IMG/VR virus record: IMGVR_UViG_3300032285_004054
Coordinates: 1-64,000 of that record
Length of the DNA: 64,000 nt
Direction: 5' to 3' (one strand)
Positions 46,811 to 56,617 of the stretch are shown piece after piece. A program made the translations under genes and the position numbers. The notes under the pieces are model-generated. The model saw only the letters and a program-made list of their open reading frames with translations, searched no databases and was not told the origin of the DNA. How positions within the stretch are numbered: position 1 is the first letter of the stretch; each line of letters starts with the position of its first letter.

Positions 46811-47255
46811 TGGTGGAGGCGAGGGGAGTCGAACCCCTGTGTTTATAATGTTAAGTCTGTACTTCTACACGCTTAGGTAATTTTGACATTTGGTTGAAAT
46901 AGGTTGTCGTGGCTTACCGGCCTTATGTTTGTTTCCTTACCTACTGAGTTGTACTTAGGACTCAGTTCCAGACACCGTTTATTTTATTGGCTCAGATGAC
47001 CCACCAAACCTATTGTTTAAGCTCCTAAGATTTTTAATAGGATCCAATCTTAGTTTTTAGGCTGCGAGGAGGTATTCGTCCTCAACACCGGCGAGGATCT
47101 CGTCGGCGTGATTAATACAATACTCAGCTTCAGCTAAGAGCGCATCAGTGTTGTCTTCTGCGTTTAGTTTTTTTAATCTGATTTTATAGTGGCCATCAGA
47201 TCAACCACTGCGTGCAATACAAAGTTCGATTATAAGTCGAATCCAGTACGCCCCC
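46811..47255 (-). ncRNA. ssrA: tmRNA (445 nt)
   Basis: 5' GGGGGCGTACTGGATTCGAC; 3' GGGGTTCGACTCCCCTCGCCTCCACCA with G3-U70; internal tag ORF 47161-47057 ending YLLAA*. Confidence 0.93.
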
Positions 47256-47297
47256 ATAATTTCAAAGAACTATGTATAGTTTATATTCTAACTATAT

Positions 47298-47840
47298 TTA
47301 TTCAACTGAATAGTTAATGTTCATTATAACTCTTCTAGGCACTGTTGTAGGTGTAGTACCTGCATGATACTGTTGACCGTCAAAGCATAACAGTCTATTC
47401 CTTTTAGGTAGTACTTCTGCCTGTACAGTGAAATCTGTAGGCGTTATAGCACTTTCTCTTTCATTGTAGATTATAGTTGGACCGTCAGAATCATTTATGT
47501 ATAAAAGAGCAGTACGATGGTTACCGTCCCTATCAACATGAGCTCCTGCATTGTATGGTTTATCTGTTGCAGTGTTTAAAATCATACGCACCCTAAAAAC
47601 ATCTTTAACGTTTTCTCCAGCAAGCTGTAAAATCCTATAAACTGTTCTAGCAAATATACCTTGTTCACCTTCTACCCAGGTAAGACCTCCGGTTATAATA
47701 TGAAACCAGCTATACAGAAACAAATTGTCTTCTTCTGAGCCGTTACCCTTTCTTCCGAAGTACCAAGGAAACTTACCCATTACTTTGTGTTCAAGTATTG
47801 CGAATTCCTCTTCGGGTAAAATATTATCAATTATTTTCAT
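47298..47840 (-). CDS. 2OG-Fe(II) oxygenase
   Basis: IIDN.L, H.D, LLYIN.SDG.T, PK.NR...FDG..YH, R...N.N. Confidence 0.88.
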   Translation of the reverse strand: MKIIDNILPEEEFAILEHKVMGKFPWYFGRKGNGSEEDNLFLYSWFHIITGGLTWVEGEQGIFARTVYRILQLAGENVKDVFRVRMILNTATDKPYNAGAHVDRDGNHRTALLYINDSDGPTIIYNERESAITPTDFTVQAEVLPKRNRLLCFDGQQYHAGTTPTTVPRRVIMNINYSVE

Positions 47841-48510
47841 TAAAATACGATAGAAAAATCTCTTTAAGAGCTTTCGAAGTTTGTTTTATAGATTTTACTT
47901 CAGATTTATTAAATTTTAAGTTCAAAATATCTTTTGAATCAATTGTCATATAAGCATTGAGTTCATCTAAAAGAACTTTTTTACAATACCCCATTTCAAT
48001 AAGATGTTTATAAATTGTATCTTTAACATTCTTATCTAGCTTTTTGAGTATATTATTAACTTTCTTCTTATAATTTTTATCTAGATAATAAAAAGCGTGA
48101 CATAACTCATGATCTAGAGTGCTTTCGCTTAATCCATTTGAACCAATAAAATAGAAGTTATCACTACCTACTTTTTCTTTTGCACGGAAGTATATATCGT
48201 TCAATACCTTATCGTAAGTATTCGGATCATCAATACCTAAACGAAAGTGTTCGGTAAGTACTTTACCCGGAATATTAAACCCTGCCCAGTCATCTGGATA
48301 CGTAAACGTTGTATAACCATTATGTCTGGCGTACATACGCATGAACTCAATCATGGTGAATTTCTTACCACGAATTGCTTTTAAAGGTGATTCGTAAAAC
48401 TCCTGCGCTCTACAAAACGTCATTGTAAGATCATATTGATCTTTAATAATAATATGAAAAATATTATCAGTTATCTCCTGAACAATTATATCAATAGGTG
48501 GCTGCTTCAT
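47827..48510 (-). CDS. putative HExxH metalloprotein
   Basis: F.R.QEFYESP, W.GFN.P, DHELCHA, DE..AY. Confidence 0.7.
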   Translation of the reverse strand: MKQPPIDIIVQEITDNIFHIIIKDQYDLTMTFCRAQEFYESPLKAIRGKKFTMIEFMRMYARHNGYTTFTYPDDWAGFNIPGKVLTEHFRLGIDDPNTYDKVLNDIYFRAKEKVGSDNFYFIGSNGLSESTLDHELCHAFYYLDKNYKKKVNNILKKLDKNVKDTIYKHLIEMGYCKKVLLDELNAYMTIDSKDILNLKFNKSEVKSIKQTSKALKEIFLSYFNENN

Positions 48511-49142
48511 TAAGCAACGTTACGGTTAACCCAAATTTGAAGCTTAGAGAGCTTTTGCTGAGCCCAATAAATTCCTCTAGAAACCTTGAACCAAAACTTA
48601 GACCAACGATTAAAAGTAATCTTATTCAGAAACTTCTTAGTTTTAGTCCAGGGATGATTTTCATAAGCAAGCCATTCATTCTGCCATTTTACCTCTCGAG
48701 CTTGGTTTTCTTCTGCTGTAATAGAAATCTCTCCTTTTACGAGTTCAAGAGAAACAAGCTTACCTTTAATAAACTCAGCATCAAACTCGATATCCCAGGT
48801 ATTACCTTCTTCATCTTCTCTATAATCATAGAAGTTGATTGTGTCGGTGATTAGTTTCTTTACTGAGGTTCTGCTAGTTTCTACAAACTTATAAGGCCAG
48901 CACCACTTACCTTGCTTTTTAAGTTTTGCTTCTTCCTCTTCTGTTACTGTACGGATATGCTCTCCTTCTACCTTTTCAGTGTAGAGGTAACCATTCTTCT
49001 TAATATGGTAAGCAGTCATTGTATTATCCAAATCTTTAGTTTGGAAGTCTACTTTAGTCCAATCCTTATTAGGAAAGGCTTTTTTAATTTCTTTAGTTAA
49101 AGGGAGCTTGCGCTCCACATAGACTGTATCGAACATACCCAT
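48510..49142 (-). CDS. conserved phage protein (MGMFD family)
   Basis: MGMFD.V, FQTKDL.N, I.FY, W.IEF.A.F..G; own sigma70 promoter. Confidence 0.75.
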   Translation of the reverse strand: MGMFDTVYVERKLPLTKEIKKAFPNKDWTKVDFQTKDLDNTMTAYHIKKNGYLYTEKVEGEHIRTVTEEEEAKLKKQGKWCWPYKFVETSRTSVKKLITDTINFYDYREDEEGNTWDIEFDAEFIKGKLVSLELVKGEISITAEENQAREVKWQNEWLAYENHPWTKTKKFLNKITFNRWSKFWFKVSRGIYWAQQKLSKLQIWVNRNVA

Positions 49143-49177
49143 AATTTTTATATTAGAGGCTTTTAAATGAACGGCAA

Positions 49178-50137
49178 CTAGATTATATCTATTAACCCCT
49201 TAAAAGTATTTTTTGTCTTCGGTGTTAATTTGTTAATAATGGACTTCTTTAGAACATATCTCTTCATAGGTTCTTTATAAGTGTAATGTTTAGCAAAGTA
49301 TTTACAGAAGTCATCCTCTGAATAATCTCTTATTTGTCCTTTTTCTTTTTCTATTTTTAAAACGTTTAACGAGTTATTATATACATCATCTAAAAGCTTC
49401 TTATCTGTCTGCATATTATCTAGTATTCGATCCCAGACATCAAAATTGTCTTCGTCATCGTCTTCTTTGTAATCGTCAATCATACATACTATAGCATCTT
49501 CTATAGCTAGCTTAAACACTGCATCGCTTACAGAATTTTCTACAAGAATTGAACCGACTATACTGTTAAAGCTTTCTTTCATAGGTATCTTGCTAAACTC
49601 TTGATCTAGATAATTACTTATTTCTTCATCTGATTTAAAAAGACTAGATTGTAATCTAATAGCTATACCACCTTTATTGTTCCAAGCATCTACATAAGGA
49701 GGGAAATCATCGATAAGAACATTCGGTGTACCATCTTCGTTTATAGCGTAAATTGATTTGTTTTGAGGATACTCAACACCTTTAAAATACTTTCCGTACT
49801 TCGGTATAATATGCTTCTTAATCCATTCACTTTTTCCCTTCTTGCATTCTTCTATATCAATACTCGCAGGATGAGAACAAATCTTAAAAGAACCAAACTT
49901 CTCTATAACTTTTCTTATTAAAGCGTCATTAGTAGGGTATGGTTCAAGGTTTGCAAATACCTCGTAAACATCACCTAGATGATTGTGAAACTCTTGTTTA
50001 TCTTTCCAGATCTTTCTAGCTTCTTGCTTCTCTTCTGGTGTAATATCTTTATAATCTTTATGATATAACTTATGCGCTATTGTATCGAACAAGTTTGCAA
50101 GCAAACCGTCCATATCAAGATAGCAAATAGGGTTCAT
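49178..50137 (-). CDS. HAD 5'(3')-nucleotidase-like domain fused to tagged C-terminal domain
   Basis: YLDMDGLLA, K..W, K..YA, LIDD, W...GG; ends LTPKTKNTFKGLIDII. Confidence 0.85.
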   Translation of the reverse strand: MNPICYLDMDGLLANLFDTIAHKLYHKDYKDITPEEKQEARKIWKDKQEFHNHLGDVYEVFANLEPYPTNDALIRKVIEKFGSFKICSHPASIDIEECKKGKSEWIKKHIIPKYGKYFKGVEYPQNKSIYAINEDGTPNVLIDDFPPYVDAWNNKGGIAIRLQSSLFKSDEEISNYLDQEFSKIPMKESFNSIVGSILVENSVSDAVFKLAIEDAIVCMIDDYKEDDDEDNFDVWDRILDNMQTDKKLLDDVYNNSLNVLKIEKEKGQIRDYSEDDFCKYFAKHYTYKEPMKRYVLKKSIINKLTPKTKNTFKGLIDII

Positions 50138-50138
50138 A

Positions 50139-50378
50139 TTAAGCACTAAGAGGTGCTACTATAACATGATAACGATAAAGGAAATAACCTTTAAAGTGTC
50201 TGTTAACGAACTGGCTCTTAGCACTTATTATTATGTGTTCGTTTGAGAGTTTATCAAGCTGATGTTGTAGATGCTTTTCTGCTTCCTCAGACGTACTATG
50301 AAAACCTGACCAGGTAATTTTGTTTAAATCGTATGTCGGGGCAACGTTAGTACCTGTGCAGGGAACAATGAGTGTCAT
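50139..50378 (-). CDS. hypothetical protein
   Basis: TAAATA upstream. Confidence 0.6.
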   Translation of the reverse strand: MTLIVPCTGTNVAPTYDLNKITWSGFHSTSEEAEKHLQHQLDKLSNEHIIISAKSQFVNRHFKGYFLYRYHVIVAPLSA

Positions 50379-50416
50379 AGTTTAATATTTATTCTTTTAC
50401 TCATAAATATAAGTAG

Positions 50417-52795
50417 ATGGCGATATTAACCCCGATATTAACTGGTGGCAACGGTACACCTACTTATAACCCAGGTTTAGCAGAGACTTATTCATGGGTA
50501 CCGATTGATAATAATCAGGGTAGACCGATGTTTGCAAAGCTAGGCTATATTACTAACTTAGGTGATATTGCTGTTAGTCTTACTGCTAACAATCTTAATA
50601 TCGGTAATATACATATTAGTGATCCTCTAGATACAGGTTTAAGTGTCGGGGTTATACCTATTACAACAGTTGGTAATACAACAGTCGGCGCAATGTATGT
50701 GCACACACAAGATTTTGAATCAACTATTGATAATATTACAATAGGAGATTCAAGAGGTAATTTAACTTCAGTAACAAATAGCGCGTTAAATGTTTTTAAT
50801 ACAAACCCGGTTAGTGCTATATCTGTTACGAATTCTGTAACAGCCGTAACTGTTTTAAACCCTGTAAGTTCATTTAGCTTAACAAATCCAATTACAGCTG
50901 TTTCTGTAACAAACTTTCCAACTCAGTTAACAGCCGTTAGTGTTACTAATCAATTGACCGGTATTACTATTCTCAATACAGTATCTTCTGTTAGTGTAGT
51001 TAATCAACTTTCTTCTTTTACAGTTAATAATCCTATTACTGCTGTACAGGTTCTAAACCCAGTAAGTGCTGTGTCGATTGTTAATCAGTTAACAAGTACG
51101 AGTGTAACAGTTTTAAACCCTGTAAGTTCGTTTAGTTTAACAAATCAAATTACAGCAGTCTCTGTTACAAATCCAGTAAGTGCTTTTGATATAGTTGCTT
51201 GTAATGTAACTCTTCCTGTTTCCGGAACAGTTACTATTACTAATTCAATTTCTACAACACCAGTTGGTACACAGCTGGTAACATTTGATCGTGGCCCTCA
51301 GCTTGATACAAATAACAGACTTAAAGTTGCAACACCTTCTCAATCTTGGTGGTATATATCATCTGTCGATAAGGATGGTGATTTAAGAATAATTGAATCA
51401 TTTACAACTGGTGCATCGAGCATCTTTGTTCAGAATATAGCTTCTGTTACTATGACATCTGGACCAAGTTTAACAGGTTCAGCAATAAGGGCATCAAGAA
51501 GAAGATTTAAGGTAAGACCTGGTGTTTCTCACGAATGGCTTGGTACAGTTAATTTTGATGGACAGGATGCCGGGGCAATAAAGAGAGTTGGTACATTTAC
51601 AAATTACAATGGTATGTTCTTTGAGTTATCTGGAACAGACTTCAATGTTGTTGTTCGCAGAAGATTAGCTGATGGAACATTAGTTGAAGAAAGAGTCAAT
51701 CAAACTAATTTCAATGTTGATAAGTTAGATGGAAATGGTCCATCTAAACAAAATTGGTATACATCCCTCTCTGGTTCTATAACTGGTGGAACAAATAGAT
51801 GGCCTGTTGCAATTACTGGTGATGGAAATGTCTACAATGCTTCATTTACCTATTCAAATGGTTCGCTCTCTGCATTAAAGCCTGGAACAAGAGGAACAAT
51901 ATCGGGTGTATCTCCTTCTGGTTATAATGGTGCTGTCTTTATCGCAGCTAATAATACAGCAACTAGTACATTAACTGCTACATATGTTATCGACCCAGGT
52001 GTTTATAGTAGTGTTAGCAATGCTAGATTTATTACAACTCCTTACCACAATGCTCATACCCTTTGGTTTGAGTTTAATGGTGGTAGAACAGCTAAAGTTA
52101 ATTTCGGCATCAATGGATCAAATGGTCCAGCCTATCTACATCAATTTGATTTCTCCAATCAAATAGGATTACAATATGAAAGTGCACCAGCGTTGATGGA
52201 TAGAAAAGAAATCCTCAATTATAGTGCAATGTCATATAACCCAACAATGACATTGGATGGTACATCAATTAACATTGAAGCAGAATCATCATTAAACCCT
52301 GCGTTTGTTGCTGCTTATAATACTACACCAATTACTCTAACAGCTGGAAAAGAACAACCCATTCTTGGTGTTGGTTTAAGAGTAGGTGAACCTTATCAAA
52401 GATCTGATTTACAAGTTCAGCAGATGAATATTATTGATACTGCTAACCTCAATACCGGAGGTAATGCTAAGATTACTTCATCTCTTGTTCAATGGAAGTT
52501 ATTATTAAATCCAGGTCTCTCTGGTGTACCAGCTTCAACTGACATAGGTAAGTCCTCGAGACAATGGGCTTATACAGCTACAACATCTATTACATCACAG
52601 GGTATTGAACTTATGTCTGGATTTGCCACATCTAATTCCCCAATTGATGTTAAGACATCTTTGAACTTCTTAAACATGGGTTCAAATATCAATTATACAG
52701 ATGCCGATAAAGTTGTTCTTACAGCCAAACTCGTAGCTGCTGGAACAGATCCTTCAACAATCGTTGGATCGATAAACGCTATCGAAGCGCTGTAA
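50417..52795 (+). CDS. virion structural protein with V/T/S-rich repeats
   Basis: TAVSVTN/LNPVS repeats; N-term shared with 56176-56604 and 60165-60518; TAAATA upstream. Confidence 0.8.
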   Translation: MAILTPILTGGNGTPTYNPGLAETYSWVPIDNNQGRPMFAKLGYITNLGDIAVSLTANNLNIGNIHISDPLDTGLSVGVIPITTVGNTTVGAMYVHTQDFESTIDNITIGDSRGNLTSVTNSALNVFNTNPVSAISVTNSVTAVTVLNPVSSFSLTNPITAVSVTNFPTQLTAVSVTNQLTGITILNTVSSVSVVNQLSSFTVNNPITAVQVLNPVSAVSIVNQLTSTSVTVLNPVSSFSLTNQITAVSVTNPVSAFDIVACNVTLPVSGTVTITNSISTTPVGTQLVTFDRGPQLDTNNRLKVATPSQSWWYISSVDKDGDLRIIESFTTGASSIFVQNIASVTMTSGPSLTGSAIRASRRRFKVRPGVSHEWLGTVNFDGQDAGAIKRVGTFTNYNGMFFELSGTDFNVVVRRRLADGTLVEERVNQTNFNVDKLDGNGPSKQNWYTSLSGSITGGTNRWPVAITGDGNVYNASFTYSNGSLSALKPGTRGTISGVSPSGYNGAVFIAANNTATSTLTATYVIDPGVYSSVSNARFITTPYHNAHTLWFEFNGGRTAKVNFGINGSNGPAYLHQFDFSNQIGLQYESAPALMDRKEILNYSAMSYNPTMTLDGTSINIEAESSLNPAFVAAYNTTPITLTAGKEQPILGVGLRVGEPYQRSDLQVQQMNIIDTANLNTGGNAKITSSLVQWKLLLNPGLSGVPASTDIGKSSRQWAYTATTSITSQGIELMSGFATSNSPIDVKTSLNFLNMGSNINYTDADKVVLTAKLVAAGTDPSTIVGSINAIEAL

Positions 52796-52797
52796 TA

Positions 52798-53403
52798 TCA
52801 AGTCCAAAAGAACTGTCTGTATTGAATAAACTCAGTAAGTAGCTTCGTATCAGTATCTTCGATAAGCTTCTCAAGTCGATTTACCTCAGAGTAATCTGCA
52901 TTTGAAGGAATCCACTCGTAATACTTACGTCCGTAGTTATCTTCTTTAAGATCTGAAAAACAGTCACTAATAGAGCGAGTTGGTGGATAAGAATCCCACA
53001 TCTGCTTTTCAAGCGTTGGACGTATATCAGTAATATATTTGTACGATGCTTCAAGCCAGCGAGCAAACTCGGCATGCTTTTCACTAGAAGCTTCCCAGTC
53101 TACTGTATCTGCTTTATATTCTTCTTCGTAGAACGACTTAATAAACTCAAAATTAACATTTTCAATAAGTGTTGAAACATCCATCCATGAACGAGGAATT
53201 GCTTTACGGATACGTGAATGAGATGGTGACCAAATAGGACGGATCTTTTCAGTATAGAGCATCCAGTAACGAAAAGGTATAAGATCCTTATAGTGATAGA
53301 TATCGAATTTATCTCTAAGAAACTTATTAATAGCTCTCTTAAGAGAATACTTGTCATTTTCTTCTGCTAGCTTAAGGGCGTGATCTCTAGGATTAAATGT
53401 CAT
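52798..53403 (-). CDS. hypothetical phage protein
   Basis: Promoter TTGCAT-17-TAATAT-6nt-ATG. Confidence 0.75.
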   Translation of the reverse strand: MTFNPRDHALKLAEENDKYSLKRAINKFLRDKFDIYHYKDLIPFRYWMLYTEKIRPIWSPSHSRIRKAIPRSWMDVSTLIENVNFEFIKSFYEEEYKADTVDWEASSEKHAEFARWLEASYKYITDIRPTLEKQMWDSYPPTRSISDCFSDLKEDNYGRKYYEWIPSNADYSEVNRLEKLIEDTDTKLLTEFIQYRQFFWT

Positions 53404-53462
53404 GCCACGATATTACAGTCTTGAATGAATAAATGCAATGGAATTCTTCTTAAATAATATAA

Positions 53463-54467
53463 ATGGAAAATTATACCTTTGATTTTGAACTTGAAACAAT
53501 GTTTACCATGTTCATGTCTGCCATGGATAATATTATTGTTAAGAGGTTTAACAATCAAAAAGATGTACAAGATCAAATTAAGGTACGTTTTCTATATGCA
53601 CCTAAACAGCGTGTATTACTAGATCTTCTCGATAAAGCACAAAACATTCAGCTACCTGTTGTATCTGTTTCTAACGGAGGTATAACAAGAGATCAGAGCA
53701 GAGTCTTTAATAAGATTAAAGGTTCCTATATTGCAGGACAAGATCGTAGATTCTCCAATCGTTTATTACAGCCTGTACCTATTGATTTGACTATTAATAT
53801 GTCAATTCTTACTCGCTATCAAAAAGATTTCGATCAAATTATTACAAACTTTGCTCCTTATTTTGATCCTTATATCGAGATATCTTGGCGTGTACCGAAT
53901 GTACCTGATTATGAAATTAGAAGTTCTGTCTATTGGTCTGGTACAATTAATTCCCAATACCCTACCGATGGTCCTTCTAGTCAAATAGCTCGTGTTCAGG
54001 GAGATACTTCTTTTACATTTAAAGGATGGCTATTTAAGGCAATGCCTGAATCTGACGGTAACATCTTTAAGATACATACAGACTACAATCTCACTAAGAA
54101 GCTTGCTACTCTATATACAGCTGATCCAAATATAACTGATGAGTTTATGATATCGGCTATACCTCAGCCTAAGAGAGTTATATACAATTACTTCAATAAC
54201 TCATTTGATGTTTTAGGTAAATCATTCTTTAATGTCGACGCTGTATATCTATCAGGTGATAGTGTTGCAGATATATCAACTCTTTATAATCCCTTCTCAG
54301 CGTCTCATTCACTATCTGCAGGTAACCCTGCTTTTAATGCTACTTTGTTACCGACTTCAGCTTATAACGTAACAAGTGAAACTAACATCTTAATAGATTT
54401 ACCGTATAATGTTTCATCAGATACAAAGGTTATTGTATCAAACCCTGCTGGGTACGGTTTTATATAA
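53463..54467 (+). CDS. tail sheath stabiliser/terminator (T4 gp15-like)
   Basis: F......I.V.R, IKV...YAPKQR, LP..S, D..R, PVP.D....MSI..RYQ.D.DQI..NF.PYF.P, FT.KGWLF. Confidence 0.85.
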   Translation: MENYTFDFELETMFTMFMSAMDNIIVKRFNNQKDVQDQIKVRFLYAPKQRVLLDLLDKAQNIQLPVVSVSNGGITRDQSRVFNKIKGSYIAGQDRRFSNRLLQPVPIDLTINMSILTRYQKDFDQIITNFAPYFDPYIEISWRVPNVPDYEIRSSVYWSGTINSQYPTDGPSSQIARVQGDTSFTFKGWLFKAMPESDGNIFKIHTDYNLTKKLATLYTADPNITDEFMISAIPQPKRVIYNYFNNSFDVLGKSFFNVDAVYLSGDSVADISTLYNPFSASHSLSAGNPAFNATLLPTSAYNVTSETNILIDLPYNVSSDTKVIVSNPAGYGFI

Positions 54468-55536
54468 TTAAAGCTCCGTTTACTATAGCTCCGGGTGCTG
54501 CACTTACTGTGTTTGTAGTGCTTCCCTGGAAAAGATAAGCACCAGCACTTACAAATATCGTACCTGTACCGAAAGCGGTTGAATATCCTGAAGCAGCTGA
54601 TAAAGTACCTGAAGCAACCGTTGTGCCACCGATGTAGTTATTATTACTAGATATTGTCATAGTACTAGTTCCTACTTTTAGTAGGCTTAATCTAGCACCT
54701 TTATTGGATAAAAGACCTTTAAAAATAAAGTTAGTATTGTACTCACCAACAGCAAGCGTAATATTACCGTTAGTTGTATCACCTCTTAAACTACCTGTTC
54801 CTTCTAAAGTTCCTAACCGTATAGTACCAGTAGTACCTGTATTAAAGGCAAACCCGACTGAATCTTCATTGGTATTATTAGTACGGTCAGAGTTATTAAA
54901 AACCCAACGTGCGGCTGAACTACCTGCATTCAAACTAGTAAATTTTAATCTTGAGTAAGATATATTTGAGCTACTAAATACTCCAGTAAAAGAAGAATTA
55001 TTACCTGAAAGATATAGATTAGGGTAACTACTAGCGGGTAAACCGTTCGGTACTATATGGTTTATAGTTCCTCCGCCATATAGATTACCTGCTACAATAA
55101 ATACTGAGTTAGTATTTCCACCGGTGTAAAAATTAACCGTATTACCAGTAGGTATGTTTATTTTATTATAGAGAGTAGTAGTTATACCATGAGTACCTGA
55201 TAACCCGCTACTATTACTCATTGTTAATGTACCGATACCTAAAGGACCAGCTGTTAATGTCCCAGTAGATGTAAATGACGTACTACTTCCTGATACTGTT
55301 AGTGTAACACCACTGAGTATATTAGTACCACATCTATATGTATTAGAGGTATTAGTTACTACGTAACTACCTGTACCTCCTATATTCAACCCATACTTAC
55401 CAGTGTATAGAGTAGAAACAGTAGCAGGAGCTGTAACATTAATAAAATTACAAGGCCATACAAGTGTATTACCTGCGTATATTGCAGATATAGGAGACGT
55501 ACCAACAAAAGCGTTAACAATATTATCGGTAATCAT
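54460..55536 (-). CDS. fibre-distal protein with autotransporter-associated beta-strand repeat
   Basis: N-term FVG...I..IYAG.TLVWP; LLKVGTSTMTIS..NNYIGGTTVASGTL. Confidence 0.8.
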   Translation of the reverse strand: MITDNIVNAFVGTSPISAIYAGNTLVWPCNFINVTAPATVSTLYTGKYGLNIGGTGSYVVTNTSNTYRCGTNILSGVTLTVSGSSTSFTSTGTLTAGPLGIGTLTMSNSSGLSGTHGITTTLYNKINIPTGNTVNFYTGGNTNSVFIVAGNLYGGGTINHIVPNGLPASSYPNLYLSGNNSSFTGVFSSSNISYSRLKFTSLNAGSSAARWVFNNSDRTNNTNEDSVGFAFNTGTTGTIRLGTLEGTGSLRGDTTNGNITLAVGEYNTNFIFKGLLSNKGARLSLLKVGTSTMTISSNNNYIGGTTVASGTLSAASGYSTAFGTGTIFVSAGAYLFQGSTTNTVSAAPGAIVNGALII

Positions 55537-55537
55537 A

Positions 55538-56173
55538 TTATATTAATATATAAACCGTATTAGGGTCAATTGCAAAACCTCCTGCATTATAAGTTACATA
55601 CGGTATTGTTACTATGTTTTTAACAGTACCGACACCGGTAGTATTAACAAGTTCAGGTTTACTAACTACTGTATTATTATATGTACTATTCCAGTAATTA
55701 GCTGATAGACCTGTTAGCTTTGTTGAGTCTAAATTAAAGAGTTTTGACCCATCACCGGAAACATTAGCAACAAGTGTATCAATAACCTTATTATTAGAAG
55801 CTACTGAATTAGCGCTCGGTTCAGTAGCCATACTACTAAACAGATACCATACCCCTGGGTTACCAATGTTATGAGTTCTCAGGAGACCTGTATGACCGTA
55901 GACGCTGTTAACTACATTGTGACCGACAAAGCCTATATCAAAGTTGTCTCCGGGATTACTCTGTGAAAGATATATAACAGGATTGGCAACACTCAAATAG
56001 CTTGTTGTAACAGTATATGATGATCCTTGCAAATAAAGAGAACCACCTACTGTTAAGTCACTGCTAACTGATAAACTACCAGTTAATATACCCCCTGTTA
56101 AAGGCAATGACAGTGTACCGCTACCAGTAGTATAATCAAAGTTACCTGTAAATGGATTGAACTTATACGGCAT
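55538..56173 (-). CDS. short tail-fibre adapter protein
   Basis: MPYKFNPFTGNFD; HTGL domain; DPNTVYILI. Confidence 0.8.
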   Translation of the reverse strand: MPYKFNPFTGNFDYTTGSGTLSLPLTGGILTGSLSVSSDLTVGGSLYLQGSSYTVTTSYLSVANPVIYLSQSNPGDNFDIGFVGHNVVNSVYGHTGLLRTHNIGNPGVWYLFSSMATEPSANSVASNNKVIDTLVANVSGDGSKLFNLDSTKLTGLSANYWNSTYNNTVVSKPELVNTTGVGTVKNIVTIPYVTYNAGGFAIDPNTVYILI

Positions 56174-56175
56174 AA

Positions 56176-56604
56176 TTAAACTATTCTTGTAGCGCTTTCA
56201 ATAAGAGCGTCGTTTGTATTAGGCACACCCCCGACATATGTAAAACTCAGAGTAGCTACTAATGTACCGTTATTAAAATACTGAACAGTTTGAAAATTGT
56301 TCGTAGAACCGTAATATGTAGGTGTAAATTTTGTAAATGTAGGTAACGCAAACCCTGGTATTTGAGTTGATATACCGTTGAGTGTATTAATTTCAGATAC
56401 CACACTGTTTAAATCAACATTAATATTATCAGCAGAAAGGGATACTTTAATATCTTGAGGATTTACTAGATAAGTTGCTCGCGCAAAAATAGCTCTATTA
56501 GCATCCGGGCTACTCTGTGGTATCCAAGAATTTGTTTCTGCTTGTCCTACATTATAAGAAGGATAATTAGGATTACACGTTAAAGTAGGAGTAAATGTAG
56601 GCAT
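56176..56604 (-). CDS. small virion/assembly protein (paralogue of 60165-60518)
   Basis: YN.G.AET.S..P...R..FARA.YLVNP.DI..IPGFA.PT..Y..T.N...GTLVA.LSF.Y. Confidence 0.75.
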   Translation of the reverse strand: MPTFTPTLTCNPNYPSYNVGQAETNSWIPQSSPDANRAIFARATYLVNPQDIKVSLSADNINVDLNSVVSEINTLNGISTQIPGFALPTFTKFTPTYYGSTNNFQTVQYFNNGTLVATLSFTYVGGVPNTNDALIESATRIV

Positions 56605-56617
56605 ATTTTTATCTTAT

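Noticed and set aside
46811-46845. Stand-alone tRNA-Ala or attachment-site fragment
   Set aside because: The matching 5' half lies about 440 nt away with a tag ORF between, so it is a tmRNA.
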